Shown in pieces: positions 30,884 through 38,760 of a stretch of DNA of 64,000 bases. The notes below the pieces were generated by a model. The model saw nothing but the letters and a program-made list of their open reading frames with translations, was not told where the DNA came from and made no database searches. The DNA comes from Nanobdellota archaeon (lineage in GTDB: Archaea; Nanobdellota; Nanobdellia; Pacearchaeales; GW2011-AR1): contig JBBSXC010000003.1 in NCBI GenBank assembly GCA_038045945.1, positions 1-64,000 of the forward strand, in the 5' to 3' direction. Position 1 is the stretch's first letter, and each line of letters starts with the position of its first letter. Position numbers and translations under genes: made by a program.

Positions 30884-31293
30884 TTCTCTTCCTCCTTAAC
30901 ATATTTTCCTTTGGCAAAATCAACATACCTAAATTCTATTAATCCGCGATTAACTTTAGAATAAACCTCAACACCGGCAACTAATAATTCATCATTACAT
31001 GTAAGTTTTTCATAAAAATCTTTTATAGAATCTAAACCTTCCAGTTTAGGAATCTGAACACGAACATAAGAATGCACTGGGATGTATAAACCGGCATTAT
31101 TGATAACAAATGTAGGTCTTGAATTTTCATTAAGGCAAGCTTCAAGTTTAAAAGTTGTCCTATTATCAACAACCCATTCTCTACCAAAAGCAAAGTGGGG
31201 AGAAGACTGAACTTCGCAAGAATAAACCCCACCTTCAACAACAAAATATTCTAAATCCTTTTTGTTAGGAACAAAATTACTAGGAAACATCAT
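30880..31293 (-). CDS. hypothetical protein
   Basis: GAGG SD with ATGA overlap. Confidence 0.7.
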   Translation of the reverse strand: MMFPSNFVPNKKDLEYFVVEGGVYSCEVQSSPHFAFGREWVVDNRTTFKLEACLNENSRPTFVINNAGLYIPVHSYVRVQIPKLEGLDSIKDFYEKLTCNDELLVAGVEVYSKVNRGLIEFRYVDFAKGKYVKEEEK

Positions 31294-31793
31294 TTTCTTT
31301 CAACCTCATATTTTCTTCTAGCTTGGGAACCTTTAAACATACCATAAAGTCCACCCATAGCTGAACCCATCCCTAAAAGAACAGAACTTAATCTTATGGC
31401 TTCATAAGGTAATTTTTGTTCATCAAAAGCTTTCATTTCTCCTTGATAATTTTGGTAAGCATCAGTGCTTGATAATCTTTCAAGTTCGCTATCAGCATAA
31501 GATAATGATTCATCAATACCTCTAGAAACCCCCTCGTAAAAGACTGATTTTCTTTTAGTCCTAAAACCTCTAGTGTCTCTTTCTTCTAACTGATTCTTAA
31601 TCTCTAATATTTCATTCTTAGCTTCATTAGTAACATCATAAAGAAAAACTTCAGTAGGCTCAATAGGCTTTTCATCATCTAAATAACTCAAAGCAGGACT
31701 AGAAACGCCCAGACCAATGGCGCTCAAAACTATTCCTGCTAAAGAATTACGAGTAATAGTTTTAGGATGAAGATCCATATTATCTAAAATCAC
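31290..31793 (-). CDS. 2-TM protein with helical loop (similar to 37902..38432)
   Basis: TM-helical region-TM architecture. Confidence 0.7.
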   Translation of the reverse strand: MILDNMDLHPKTITRNSLAGIVLSAIGLGVSSPALSYLDDEKPIEPTEVFLYDVTNEAKNEILEIKNQLEERDTRGFRTKRKSVFYEGVSRGIDESLSYADSELERLSSTDAYQNYQGEMKAFDEQKLPYEAIRLSSVLLGMGSAMGGLYGMFKGSQARRKYEVERK

Positions 31794-32220
31794 CCCTTAA
31801 GAGCATCTCAAGCATTTGTATAGTTACTCTTTCATCATTCAAAGCACGACCGCCTAAAGAAACAACATGGTTCCTAGCTCCACTAACTCCTGAGTTTAGA
31901 ACAAATTTATCTTTGGGAACTCTTGACATTATATAATAATAACCATCGTTTAGTCCATCGCAAAAATAAATATCTGCCTGAAGAATTTCATGAGTTAAAA
32001 TGTCTCTGTCATCTATAGCATGGATCCTCTTTGGGTCGTACTTGCTATCTCTAACATCTTCATCAAATTCTGCCTTAAAATCATCCCAAGATTCTAAGCC
32101 ATCAAAAGAAGTCTTAACGATTATTGCTCTAGTCTCTGGAATAGTAATTAATTCGCCATACCTAGAAGAGAAATCACTAAAAGAATCCTCATAAATAACA
32201 ATTTTAGGAGAAGAAGTCAT
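31780..32220 (-). CDS. atypical receiver (REC)-like protein
   Basis: KIVIYED, ADIYFCDG, VLNSG. Confidence 0.6.
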   Translation of the reverse strand: MTSSPKIVIYEDSFSDFSSRYGELITIPETRAIIVKTSFDGLESWDDFKAEFDEDVRDSKYDPKRIHAIDDRDILTHEILQADIYFCDGLNDGYYYIMSRVPKDKFVLNSGVSGARNHVVSLGGRALNDERVTIQMLEMLLRGDFR

Positions 32221-32630
32221 ATTTTTTCTCCCCTAAGTAATTTTTCTAGAAATCCTTGTGTTATCTCGATTCCTGAGTATGCTCTAACATTCTTTTTTTC
32301 AGCTAAGTATCGTATATCGTTATCTCCGGTGTTAAGAACTAATTTTTTATTATCGATCCTATCCATTAATGTTAATGCTTTTCCAACAAGTCCATCAGAA
32401 AAATAAATATCCGCTTGTTGGATATCATGAGAGTTTACTTCCTCGCGGCTAAGGGGATTAAAAGTTGTTAGTGGATAATTTGCTTCAACAAATCTTCTAA
32501 CCTTTGCAGGATCATCTAAGAATTCAACAAAGAAAACATTTACAGGCATAACTTTAAGAATTTCACCATAACGATCTCTCAATGAAGGCCATTCGTCTTC
32601 ATAAATAACAATTTTTGGAGAAGAAGTCAT
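32217..32630 (-). CDS. atypical receiver (REC)-like protein, paralog of 31780..32220
   Basis: KIVIYED, ADIYFSDG, VLNTG. Confidence 0.6.
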   Translation of the reverse strand: MTSSPKIVIYEDEWPSLRDRYGEILKVMPVNVFFVEFLDDPAKVRRFVEANYPLTTFNPLSREEVNSHDIQQADIYFSDGLVGKALTLMDRIDNKKLVLNTGDNDIRYLAEKKNVRAYSGIEITQGFLEKLLRGEKI

Positions 32631-32632
32631 AA

Positions 32633-33133
32633 CTAATCTTTCCTCCTTTCGTAAGAAGACTCAATACCTAATTTGTGTCTGACCTGAGAAACAACACGCC
32701 TACCAACATCATAGCCAAGTGAAGCAAGATAAGAAGCAATATCCCTATCACTAAAAGGAGCATTACTATCCTCGCTATCAATGTAAGATTTAACTTCATC
32801 AAAGACGTATTGGGGAATCTTGTTTCTTTCTCTCTCACTACTAGCTAATATTTCAGCATTCTTAACAACATCCTCAATACTACAAGAAATAGGAGGAGAA
32901 AGACGAAGATTTTGAAGAAAACCTGTATAGGGTTTACCACCACTACCGCCCAATAAATCAAGTTGCAACTTAGAGCGATCATAAACATTAGATCTATCAT
33001 AAACTTTAGGAAGATCAGCACCACGAGAATAATTAGACTTAGCACTAGGAGGCGGAGATGGGCTCTTATAACCGGGTCTGCCAGGAATATTCAACCTTTT
33101 CTTACGACCGCGAAACTTACCAGGCTTAGCCAT
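32633..33133 (-). CDS. stand-alone sigma-54 C-terminal RpoN-box HTH protein
   Basis: VKSYIDSEDSNAPFSDRDIASYLASLGYDVGRRVVSQVRHKLGIESSYERR resembles the RpoN pattern ED...PLSD..I...L...G..IARRTVAKYR..L.I.SS..R. Confidence 0.8.
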   Translation of the reverse strand: MAKPGKFRGRKKRLNIPGRPGYKSPSPPPSAKSNYSRGADLPKVYDRSNVYDRSKLQLDLLGGSGGKPYTGFLQNLRLSPPISCSIEDVVKNAEILASSERERNKIPQYVFDEVKSYIDSEDSNAPFSDRDIASYLASLGYDVGRRVVSQVRHKLGIESSYERRKD

Positions 33134-33135
33134 GA

Positions 33136-34434
33136 CTAACTATACCCCCTAGAACTTTTCTCAAAAGATTTCTTAGCCCTCTGGTATAATACTGAATTGC
33201 CAAATTCTCCATCAAGAAATCTTTCCTCACGAGGATCATGCAAAGGAGTACCCTTACTCAACTCAACAAACGCAAGTCTTTGATAAGGAGTATCACAAGA
33301 TTCACGCATCTCAGAAAGATGTTTGTGTTTCCCAGAAAGCTTGAACATAGCTGAGTGATAATGAAAATCACTCCAATAAAATTCGCCATCAGAAACATCC
33401 GATTTACTAAAAGAAGAAAGAATCTTAAAAATTTTTCTTCTACCAAATACTTTAGCAAGAGGCTGAGCATGATCAATATAGAAAGCCGCAAGCTTCATAG
33501 CAGAAGAATCAGAAAACATGTGAGAAGCACTAACAAAGAGACATTCAGCTTTCAAAGGATCACTCTTAACAAGTAATTCGGCCTGATCAGCAACAGCTCT
33601 GGCTAGAGCGGGATAATGATAAAGAGCATCACCCAGATGAGACTGGACACCGGTTAAATGAAACATGGTGTGATGGAAAGAAGAATCGCCGCCACCAATC
33701 CTCTTGAAAGCCTCAATACTTTTAATATAAGAATCATCATCAAAAGAAGCTTCAGCAATAAAAGAACTAAGAAGGTGAAGAGACCTGTTATCAGGCCAAA
33801 GAGTAAGACCCTTATCAGTCAATTCTCTAGCCTTGCCAAGATGGCCATCATGAGTAGCATCAGAAGCAATACTCTGAATAACGCAACTAAGACCTTGAGA
33901 GTAAGAAATCCTAACTTCTCTTTCACATTTAGAAGGCTCCCAATCAGCAGCAGTACACTCGATTGGAAAACGATCAACATCAAGAATCATGTGTTCAAGA
34001 GAAGCATACTTACCTAGAGGAGACTTCTTTTGACTAGTAGCAAGCTCAAAATGACCCATTTCGCCTTCAACTTCAACATCAGAACAAGCATCCTTAACGC
34101 CAGTTTGACACCTAAAACCAGCGCTGTAACCCTTGAGATACATGATACTCGCAATTAAGAAAGGAAGACCAACACAGTTCCCACCCTTGCGAGAAAGAAC
34201 ATCTTGAGGCCTGAAAGTTTCAGGAACGTATACAAAACCACTTCTTCTAAGGTCTCTCTTAATATCAAGAGCAGCGACTTTAGGATCAGAATCAACACTA
34301 ATAGAATCAGCAAGAAATTTCATTTCTCTAAGAGTCCTATCATCCGCACCACAAACCTCTAAGTAAGAAGAAACTTCAGCACTAGTCCTATCTCCTTGAA
34401 GTGCAGTTAGTGGTAAATCTAAAACATCAGTCAT
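33136..34434 (-). CDS. transglutaminase-like (SirB1-type) protein with TPR-like helical region
   Basis: VLSRKGGNCVGLP.L, EHMIL, IECT, followed by helical repeats (GLTLWPDN). Confidence 0.7.
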   Translation of the reverse strand: MTDVLDLPLTALQGDRTSAEVSSYLEVCGADDRTLREMKFLADSISVDSDPKVAALDIKRDLRRSGFVYVPETFRPQDVLSRKGGNCVGLPFLIASIMYLKGYSAGFRCQTGVKDACSDVEVEGEMGHFELATSQKKSPLGKYASLEHMILDVDRFPIECTAADWEPSKCEREVRISYSQGLSCVIQSIASDATHDGHLGKARELTDKGLTLWPDNRSLHLLSSFIAEASFDDDSYIKSIEAFKRIGGGDSSFHHTMFHLTGVQSHLGDALYHYPALARAVADQAELLVKSDPLKAECLFVSASHMFSDSSAMKLAAFYIDHAQPLAKVFGRRKIFKILSSFSKSDVSDGEFYWSDFHYHSAMFKLSGKHKHLSEMRESCDTPYQRLAFVELSKGTPLHDPREERFLDGEFGNSVLYQRAKKSFEKSSRGYS

Positions 34435-34555
34435 ATTTCATACTCCATTATTAACTTAGGAGTAGTGAATACGCTTGTAATATCTAACTGATATTAATGA
34501 TATGACTGATATTAAAAAGCGAAAGAGTTAAAAATAGCAAAATCTAGTAGTTTTT
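34435..34555. promoter_or_regulatory. divergent promoter/operator between cargo operon 1 and the AbrB-PhoU regulator
   Basis: ACTGATATTA direct repeat x2; TACTCC/GGAGTA hairpin overlapping the SD; TATA-like TTAAAAA. Confidence 0.5.
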
Positions 34556-35473
34556 ATGGAAGAAAGGAAATTAATTAAGCAAGGTGGAGGTGGATTGACT
34601 ATTTACCTGCCTAAGAAGTGGGTTGACAGAAGGGGGCTGAAGAACGGGGACAATGTTAGAGTCCTAGAAACAGACACCTCCCTAATAATTGAGGGTGACA
34701 TTAATACCAAGAATGAAATAAAAATTGATATTAACGAATCAAACATTCACGACTTAAGACACCTGCTTACTCATGCTTACCGTAGGGGTTTTAGCAAAAT
34801 AATCATTAGTTATAACAAGCCGCAAGAAATAATTAAAGAAACAAAAAAAGTAACTAGTAACGTGCTTTTAGGATTCGAAGTAACAAGCATTGAACAAAAA
34901 AGCATCATTATAGAAAACATTTCTGAACCTAGTGAAGAAAAATTTGATGTAATGCTCCAAAAAGTATTCTTAGTAATATCAGAAACTAATGAAGTATTAT
35001 TAAAAGATTTTACTAACGGGAAGTTTTCCAGCATTGACGAAATTAAAGAATTAAGAGACCAAGGTGACAAATTCATAATATTCTGCAAAAGACTCATCAC
35101 TAAGAACAGAAATGATAAAAACAGCCTCCTTGAATGGGAATTCATGACATTCCTTATGGACATCCACCACAATTACTATTATTTGTACCACTACGCTCAT
35201 GATAACAAAATTAAGACTAACAAGAACTTCTCTCAATTAATAAAAGACTTAGGACTATACTTTAGTGATTTAAGAAGCGCTTACCTGAAGAGGGATGTAT
35301 CAATAGTTCACAGAATTAATGAACAAAAAAAGAAATATCACTTTGGTGAAATAATTAAGCTATTAGAAAAATCGCGAGGGGAAGAAAACATTATCTATTC
35401 ATACATTAGAGAAATATTTCGTTCAATCCAATTATCAACTAGTCCTATAATGTCAATGAGTTTGGGATACTAA
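34556..35473 (+). CDS. AbrB-PhoU family archaeal regulator
   Basis: RKLIKQGGGGLTIYLPKKWV...L..GD.V, AY..GF..I, LLGFEV, helical PhoU-like region. Confidence 0.88.
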   Translation: MEERKLIKQGGGGLTIYLPKKWVDRRGLKNGDNVRVLETDTSLIIEGDINTKNEIKIDINESNIHDLRHLLTHAYRRGFSKIIISYNKPQEIIKETKKVTSNVLLGFEVTSIEQKSIIIENISEPSEEKFDVMLQKVFLVISETNEVLLKDFTNGKFSSIDEIKELRDQGDKFIIFCKRLITKNRNDKNSLLEWEFMTFLMDIHHNYYYLYHYAHDNKIKTNKNFSQLIKDLGLYFSDLRSAYLKRDVSIVHRINEQKKKYHFGEIIKLLEKSRGEENIIYSYIREIFRSIQLSTSPIMSMSLGY

Positions 35474-35485
35474 ATTATTTGTTTC

Positions 35486-37045
35486 TTAATCTTTCTCTCT
35501 TCTTTCTTTTATCACTCTATCAGCAGTTCCTTCTCCCTGTTCCTTGTCAAGACTTTGTTTAGCGTCATAAAGATTTTTTGCTAATTCCCATCTGTCATGA
35601 ACTCTATCGCCGGAAGTATGAAATTGTGGTCTCATCCAGTTATCAACATAGTTATATGTTATTTGAAGAACTTTACTCTCGATATCATCTGGGTCCTTTC
35701 CTTCTGCTGACATTTCAAGTAGTTTGGTTTTTACGCTTTCATAATCTGTTCTTCCTCCAGCTCTAACTACTGCTTCATAAGTTACGTCTGGGTTTAGATA
35801 AGCTGCAATTGCCGTTTTTTCATCACCTAATTTTTCAACCCACGCTCTAAAATCATAAGCTTCAGTTATTTCTCCTGCACCTAAATTCAATGCTTCAGCA
35901 TCTAAGACTTTTTTGCCTTGAAGTGCAACACGAATGATTTTTTCTTTACGCTCATAACTCAAATCTTTTTTATTTGAGTCTACTTTTTGAGCAAGACTAT
36001 CCTTCTCTTGATTCAATGAAGTTACCTCGTTACGAATAGCAGCAAATCCTAAAGCTACAGCAGTCAAAGCACCATTTATCAAGAACCATCTCTTAGCCCG
36101 TGCACGAGGCTTTGATGATTCATACCTCTTCATTGCTTTACTAAATTCTTCTTCAAGTGATTCTCCATCCTTGTATCTATCTGATGGGTCATAAGCTAAA
36201 CACTTCCTCAAAAACGGTCTTAGAGGTTTAGGAATGTTTGATAATGAATCTTCAATCATACCTTTATATTCCTGAAGACCAATATTTCTCATTGATTCAA
36301 TTGGATCTTTAGAATTTTCTAACCTTTTTTCTGTAGGGTACTTACCACTAAGCAGCTTGACTGCTAGAGAACCAACTGACCAAACATCTGACTGAGTTGT
36401 TGGGTGAGAATTATCAGCAAATACTTCTGGAGCTCTGATAGCTACATGACCAATATTGTCTCTTGGGCTCTCACTCCAATCTTCTGGACTAACTGTTGTA
36501 GCAGTACCTGTATCGGCAATAACTAATCTTGTTCGACTACTGCCAGCCGGATCATAAGACATTATGTTATCAGAATTTAAGTCTCCATGAACTCTAGAGA
36601 AATCTGTGTGTAACTCCTTTACTCCATGAACTATGTCCTCTAGCCCTAAAAGGATGGTTTCTGTTCTCTTGCTTCCTTTAAGGTAATGGTTCCAGTATTC
36701 TTCCCAATTCCTTAGAGTACTATGACATTGAGGCATCCAAATAAATGGTTTACCATCAAGGTCTTTGAATGGAACTGATGGAAGAACGTTACGTGCTGGA
36801 GCAAATCTTGATTCTCTAATTAAGACATCAGTCTCATTAATGTTTCTATGAACTCTTTGCTTTTTAGCAATTTCTGATGGAGAAAAAACCTTTATTGCCC
36901 CGTGCTGACCACTAATAACATCAAAAGCAGCATAGACTGCTCCATTACTTCCTCTCCCCAACTCTTGATAATTAACAAATCTGTCAGAACGAATAACATC
37001 CTCATGACCATCACTCCTCTTAGGGATACTACTACTAGAACTCAT
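35486..37045 (-). CDS. membrane-spanning Hanks-type Ser/Thr protein kinase
   Basis: LGRGSNGAVY, AIKVF, HGDLNSDN, ADTG, RAPE, SDVWS, DP..RY, then a TM helix. Confidence 0.9.
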   Translation of the reverse strand: MSSSSSIPKRSDGHEDVIRSDRFVNYQELGRGSNGAVYAAFDVISGQHGAIKVFSPSEIAKKQRVHRNINETDVLIRESRFAPARNVLPSVPFKDLDGKPFIWMPQCHSTLRNWEEYWNHYLKGSKRTETILLGLEDIVHGVKELHTDFSRVHGDLNSDNIMSYDPAGSSRTRLVIADTGTATTVSPEDWSESPRDNIGHVAIRAPEVFADNSHPTTQSDVWSVGSLAVKLLSGKYPTEKRLENSKDPIESMRNIGLQEYKGMIEDSLSNIPKPLRPFLRKCLAYDPSDRYKDGESLEEEFSKAMKRYESSKPRARAKRWFLINGALTAVALGFAAIRNEVTSLNQEKDSLAQKVDSNKKDLSYERKEKIIRVALQGKKVLDAEALNLGAGEITEAYDFRAWVEKLGDEKTAIAAYLNPDVTYEAVVRAGGRTDYESVKTKLLEMSAEGKDPDDIESKVLQITYNYVDNWMRPQFHTSGDRVHDRWELAKNLYDAKQSLDKEQGEGTADRVIKERREKD

Positions 37046-37200
37046 TCTAAAACCTCCACTATTGGTTCATCAATAATATCAATAGAAAGCCTAACTATGG
37101 TGCCTGGTTTAAGTTTTCCCTCAATTGATCGAGGAATAACAATTATAGATTGAGAACCATGCTTAGCAATACGCTTAGTAAGAGAAAATTTCTTAGTCAT
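37042..37200 (-). CDS. small AbrB-like (swapped-hairpin) protein
   Basis: TKRIAKHGSQSIIVIPR....LKPG..V.LSID; ATG at 37200; ATGA overlap with the kinase. Confidence 0.8.
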   Translation of the reverse strand: MTKKFSLTKRIAKHGSQSIIVIPRSIEGKLKPGTIVRLSIDIIDEPIVEVLE

Positions 37201-37317
37201 TTTATGTATAAAATACATAAAGAAAAAGACTATATAAAGCTTACGAAGTAGTGTAACTAACAAGTGGTAATAATGTCTAGAAAAAGCCTTAAATATAAGT
37301 AATCCCTAAAGATTACT

Positions 37318-37554
37318 ATGAAGACTATTACTATAAAGCTTCCTGAGAGAGAAGCTGAAGAGCTTGAATTATTTGTTAAGTCTAGCGGTTATCCTTCGAA
37401 ATCGGAATTTATTAGACACTTAATAGTTGGTAAGATGGGTTTAGAAAGAAAAGAAAAGCTCGGATGGATGATGCTTGGCCAAAAAGCTTTAGCTAAAAGA
37501 TGGAATAATCCTAAAGATGATAAGGTATGGAGCAGTTATATAAAAAATGATTAA
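37318..37554 (+). CDS. CopG/RHH antitoxin
   Basis: ITIKLP...GYPSKSEFIR; W....DD.VW tail; GTAATC/GATTAC palindrome just upstream. Confidence 0.85.
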   Translation: MKTITIKLPEREAEELELFVKSSGYPSKSEFIRHLIVGKMGLERKEKLGWMMLGQKALAKRWNNPKDDKVWSSYIKND

Positions 37555-37888
37555 TCAAGGAGACTTATTATTGGCGCCTTTTCCCTTTTCAGATCAGTCT
37601 GGAAGAAAAGTAAGGCCTGTAATTGTTATTAGTAATGACAAATATAACTCTCATCATGATGATATAGTTGCAGTTGGTGTAACGTCTAACGTTTTCAAAA
37701 ATCCATACTACATTGATTTCACCAATGCTGACTTAGACTTTGGTAATCTAGTAACTGTTTGCTCAATAATGGCTGATAGTCTAACACTGCTTGATAAAGA
37801 ATTGATTACTAAAAGAATCGGTAAAGTTAACAAGAACAAAATGAAAACAGTTTTTGATAAAGTTGTTGAAATAATAAAAACTAAATAA
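37547..37888 (+). CDS. mazF: MazF/PemK family toxin
   Basis: GDL.L.PFPFSD....KVRP.IVISN, VTSN, IGK. Confidence 0.92.
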   Translation: MINQGDLLLAPFPFSDQSGRKVRPVIVISNDKYNSHHDDIVAVGVTSNVFKNPYYIDFTNADLDFGNLVTVCSIMADSLTLLDKELITKRIGKVNKNKMKTVFDKVVEIIKTK

Positions 37889-37901
37889 ATTTAGTCATCT
37901 T

Positions 37902-38432
37902 TTAATGATCCCACTCGCCTTTTGATTCCTGAGTGGGTTTTTCTTTTATTATTTCTCTGAATCTTATTGCTCCTTCATCATAAATTGCTGATTCTCTTCT
38001 TTCAGCAATCTTATAGCTTGCATAACCTAGTAAAGTTAAAGCACCAAATGTTCCCATTAACGCTTGATGTAGGGGATTATTATCATGTTCTCTTCTATCA
38101 TTTTTATAAGTAATTACTGATTCTTCTTTAGAAGAAAGATTTATCTCTTGGTCTAATTTCTTTATGGTTTCATCAAATTTGGCTGCTAATGGTTCTTGAT
38201 AAATCTTTAATTCTTCTCTAACATTATTCGTTCCTAAAGACCAAAGCTGACTTTGAAGACCATTTCTATAATTAACCAACAATCGATAATGATCATAACC
38301 CATGGTTTTAGGCCTGTCAGGGCCTCCAAATACCCAAAAACCAAGACTAGAAGCTAAACCTAATGATGAAAGAGCAAAAGTAAGACTAGAACAACGCTTA
38401 ATTCTCTTAACAGAATCTAACCGAGAAGTCAT
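37902..38432 (-). CDS. 2-TM protein with helical loop (similar to 31290..31793)
   Basis: MTS start with ATGA overlap; TM-helical region-TM. Confidence 0.7.
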   Translation of the reverse strand: MTSRLDSVKRIKRCSSLTFALSSLGLASSLGFWVFGGPDRPKTMGYDHYRLLVNYRNGLQSQLWSLGTNNVREELKIYQEPLAAKFDETIKKLDQEINLSSKEESVITYKNDRREHDNNPLHQALMGTFGALTLLGYASYKIAERRESAIYDEGAIRFREIIKEKPTQESKGEWDH

Positions 38433-38746
38433 TTCTTTTTCCTCTCACTCAAAAAAGAGTTAATTGCCTTAGACAAGTCTGGTTTGTGTGAATCTCTGCT
38501 TCTTAATGACTCATAATAATTATCATAAGAAGAAGTGTTACTTCTATAACTTCCACCCCACTCAAATAATCGCCAATTATCATTATCAACAACAACCAAG
38601 TCGGATCTGCCATCGCCATTAAAATCTAAAGAATAAACTTCGCGAGGATCATAATCAGAAGAATTATTGCCCAGAACGAAACCAGCAGATAAAACGCCTA
38701 AAGCACAAGCAGCAAATCCCATCTTTCTTAAATTTTCATCAGACAT
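38429..38746 (-). CDS. small anchored protein with FG-GAP-like Ca-binding motif
   Basis: N-terminal hydrophobic helix; DFNGDGRSDLVV. Confidence 0.7.
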   Translation of the reverse strand: MSDENLRKMGFAACALGVLSAGFVLGNNSSDYDPREVYSLDFNGDGRSDLVVVDNDNWRLFEWGGSYRSNTSSYDNYYESLRSRDSHKPDLSKAINSFLSERKKK

Positions 38747-38760
38747 TTTTCTTTTCTCCT

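Noticed and set aside
28249-34434. Cargo array as a provirus or classical integron
   Set aside because: No capsid, terminase, packaging ATPase, replication or integrase gene, and overlapping genes leave no room for attC hairpins
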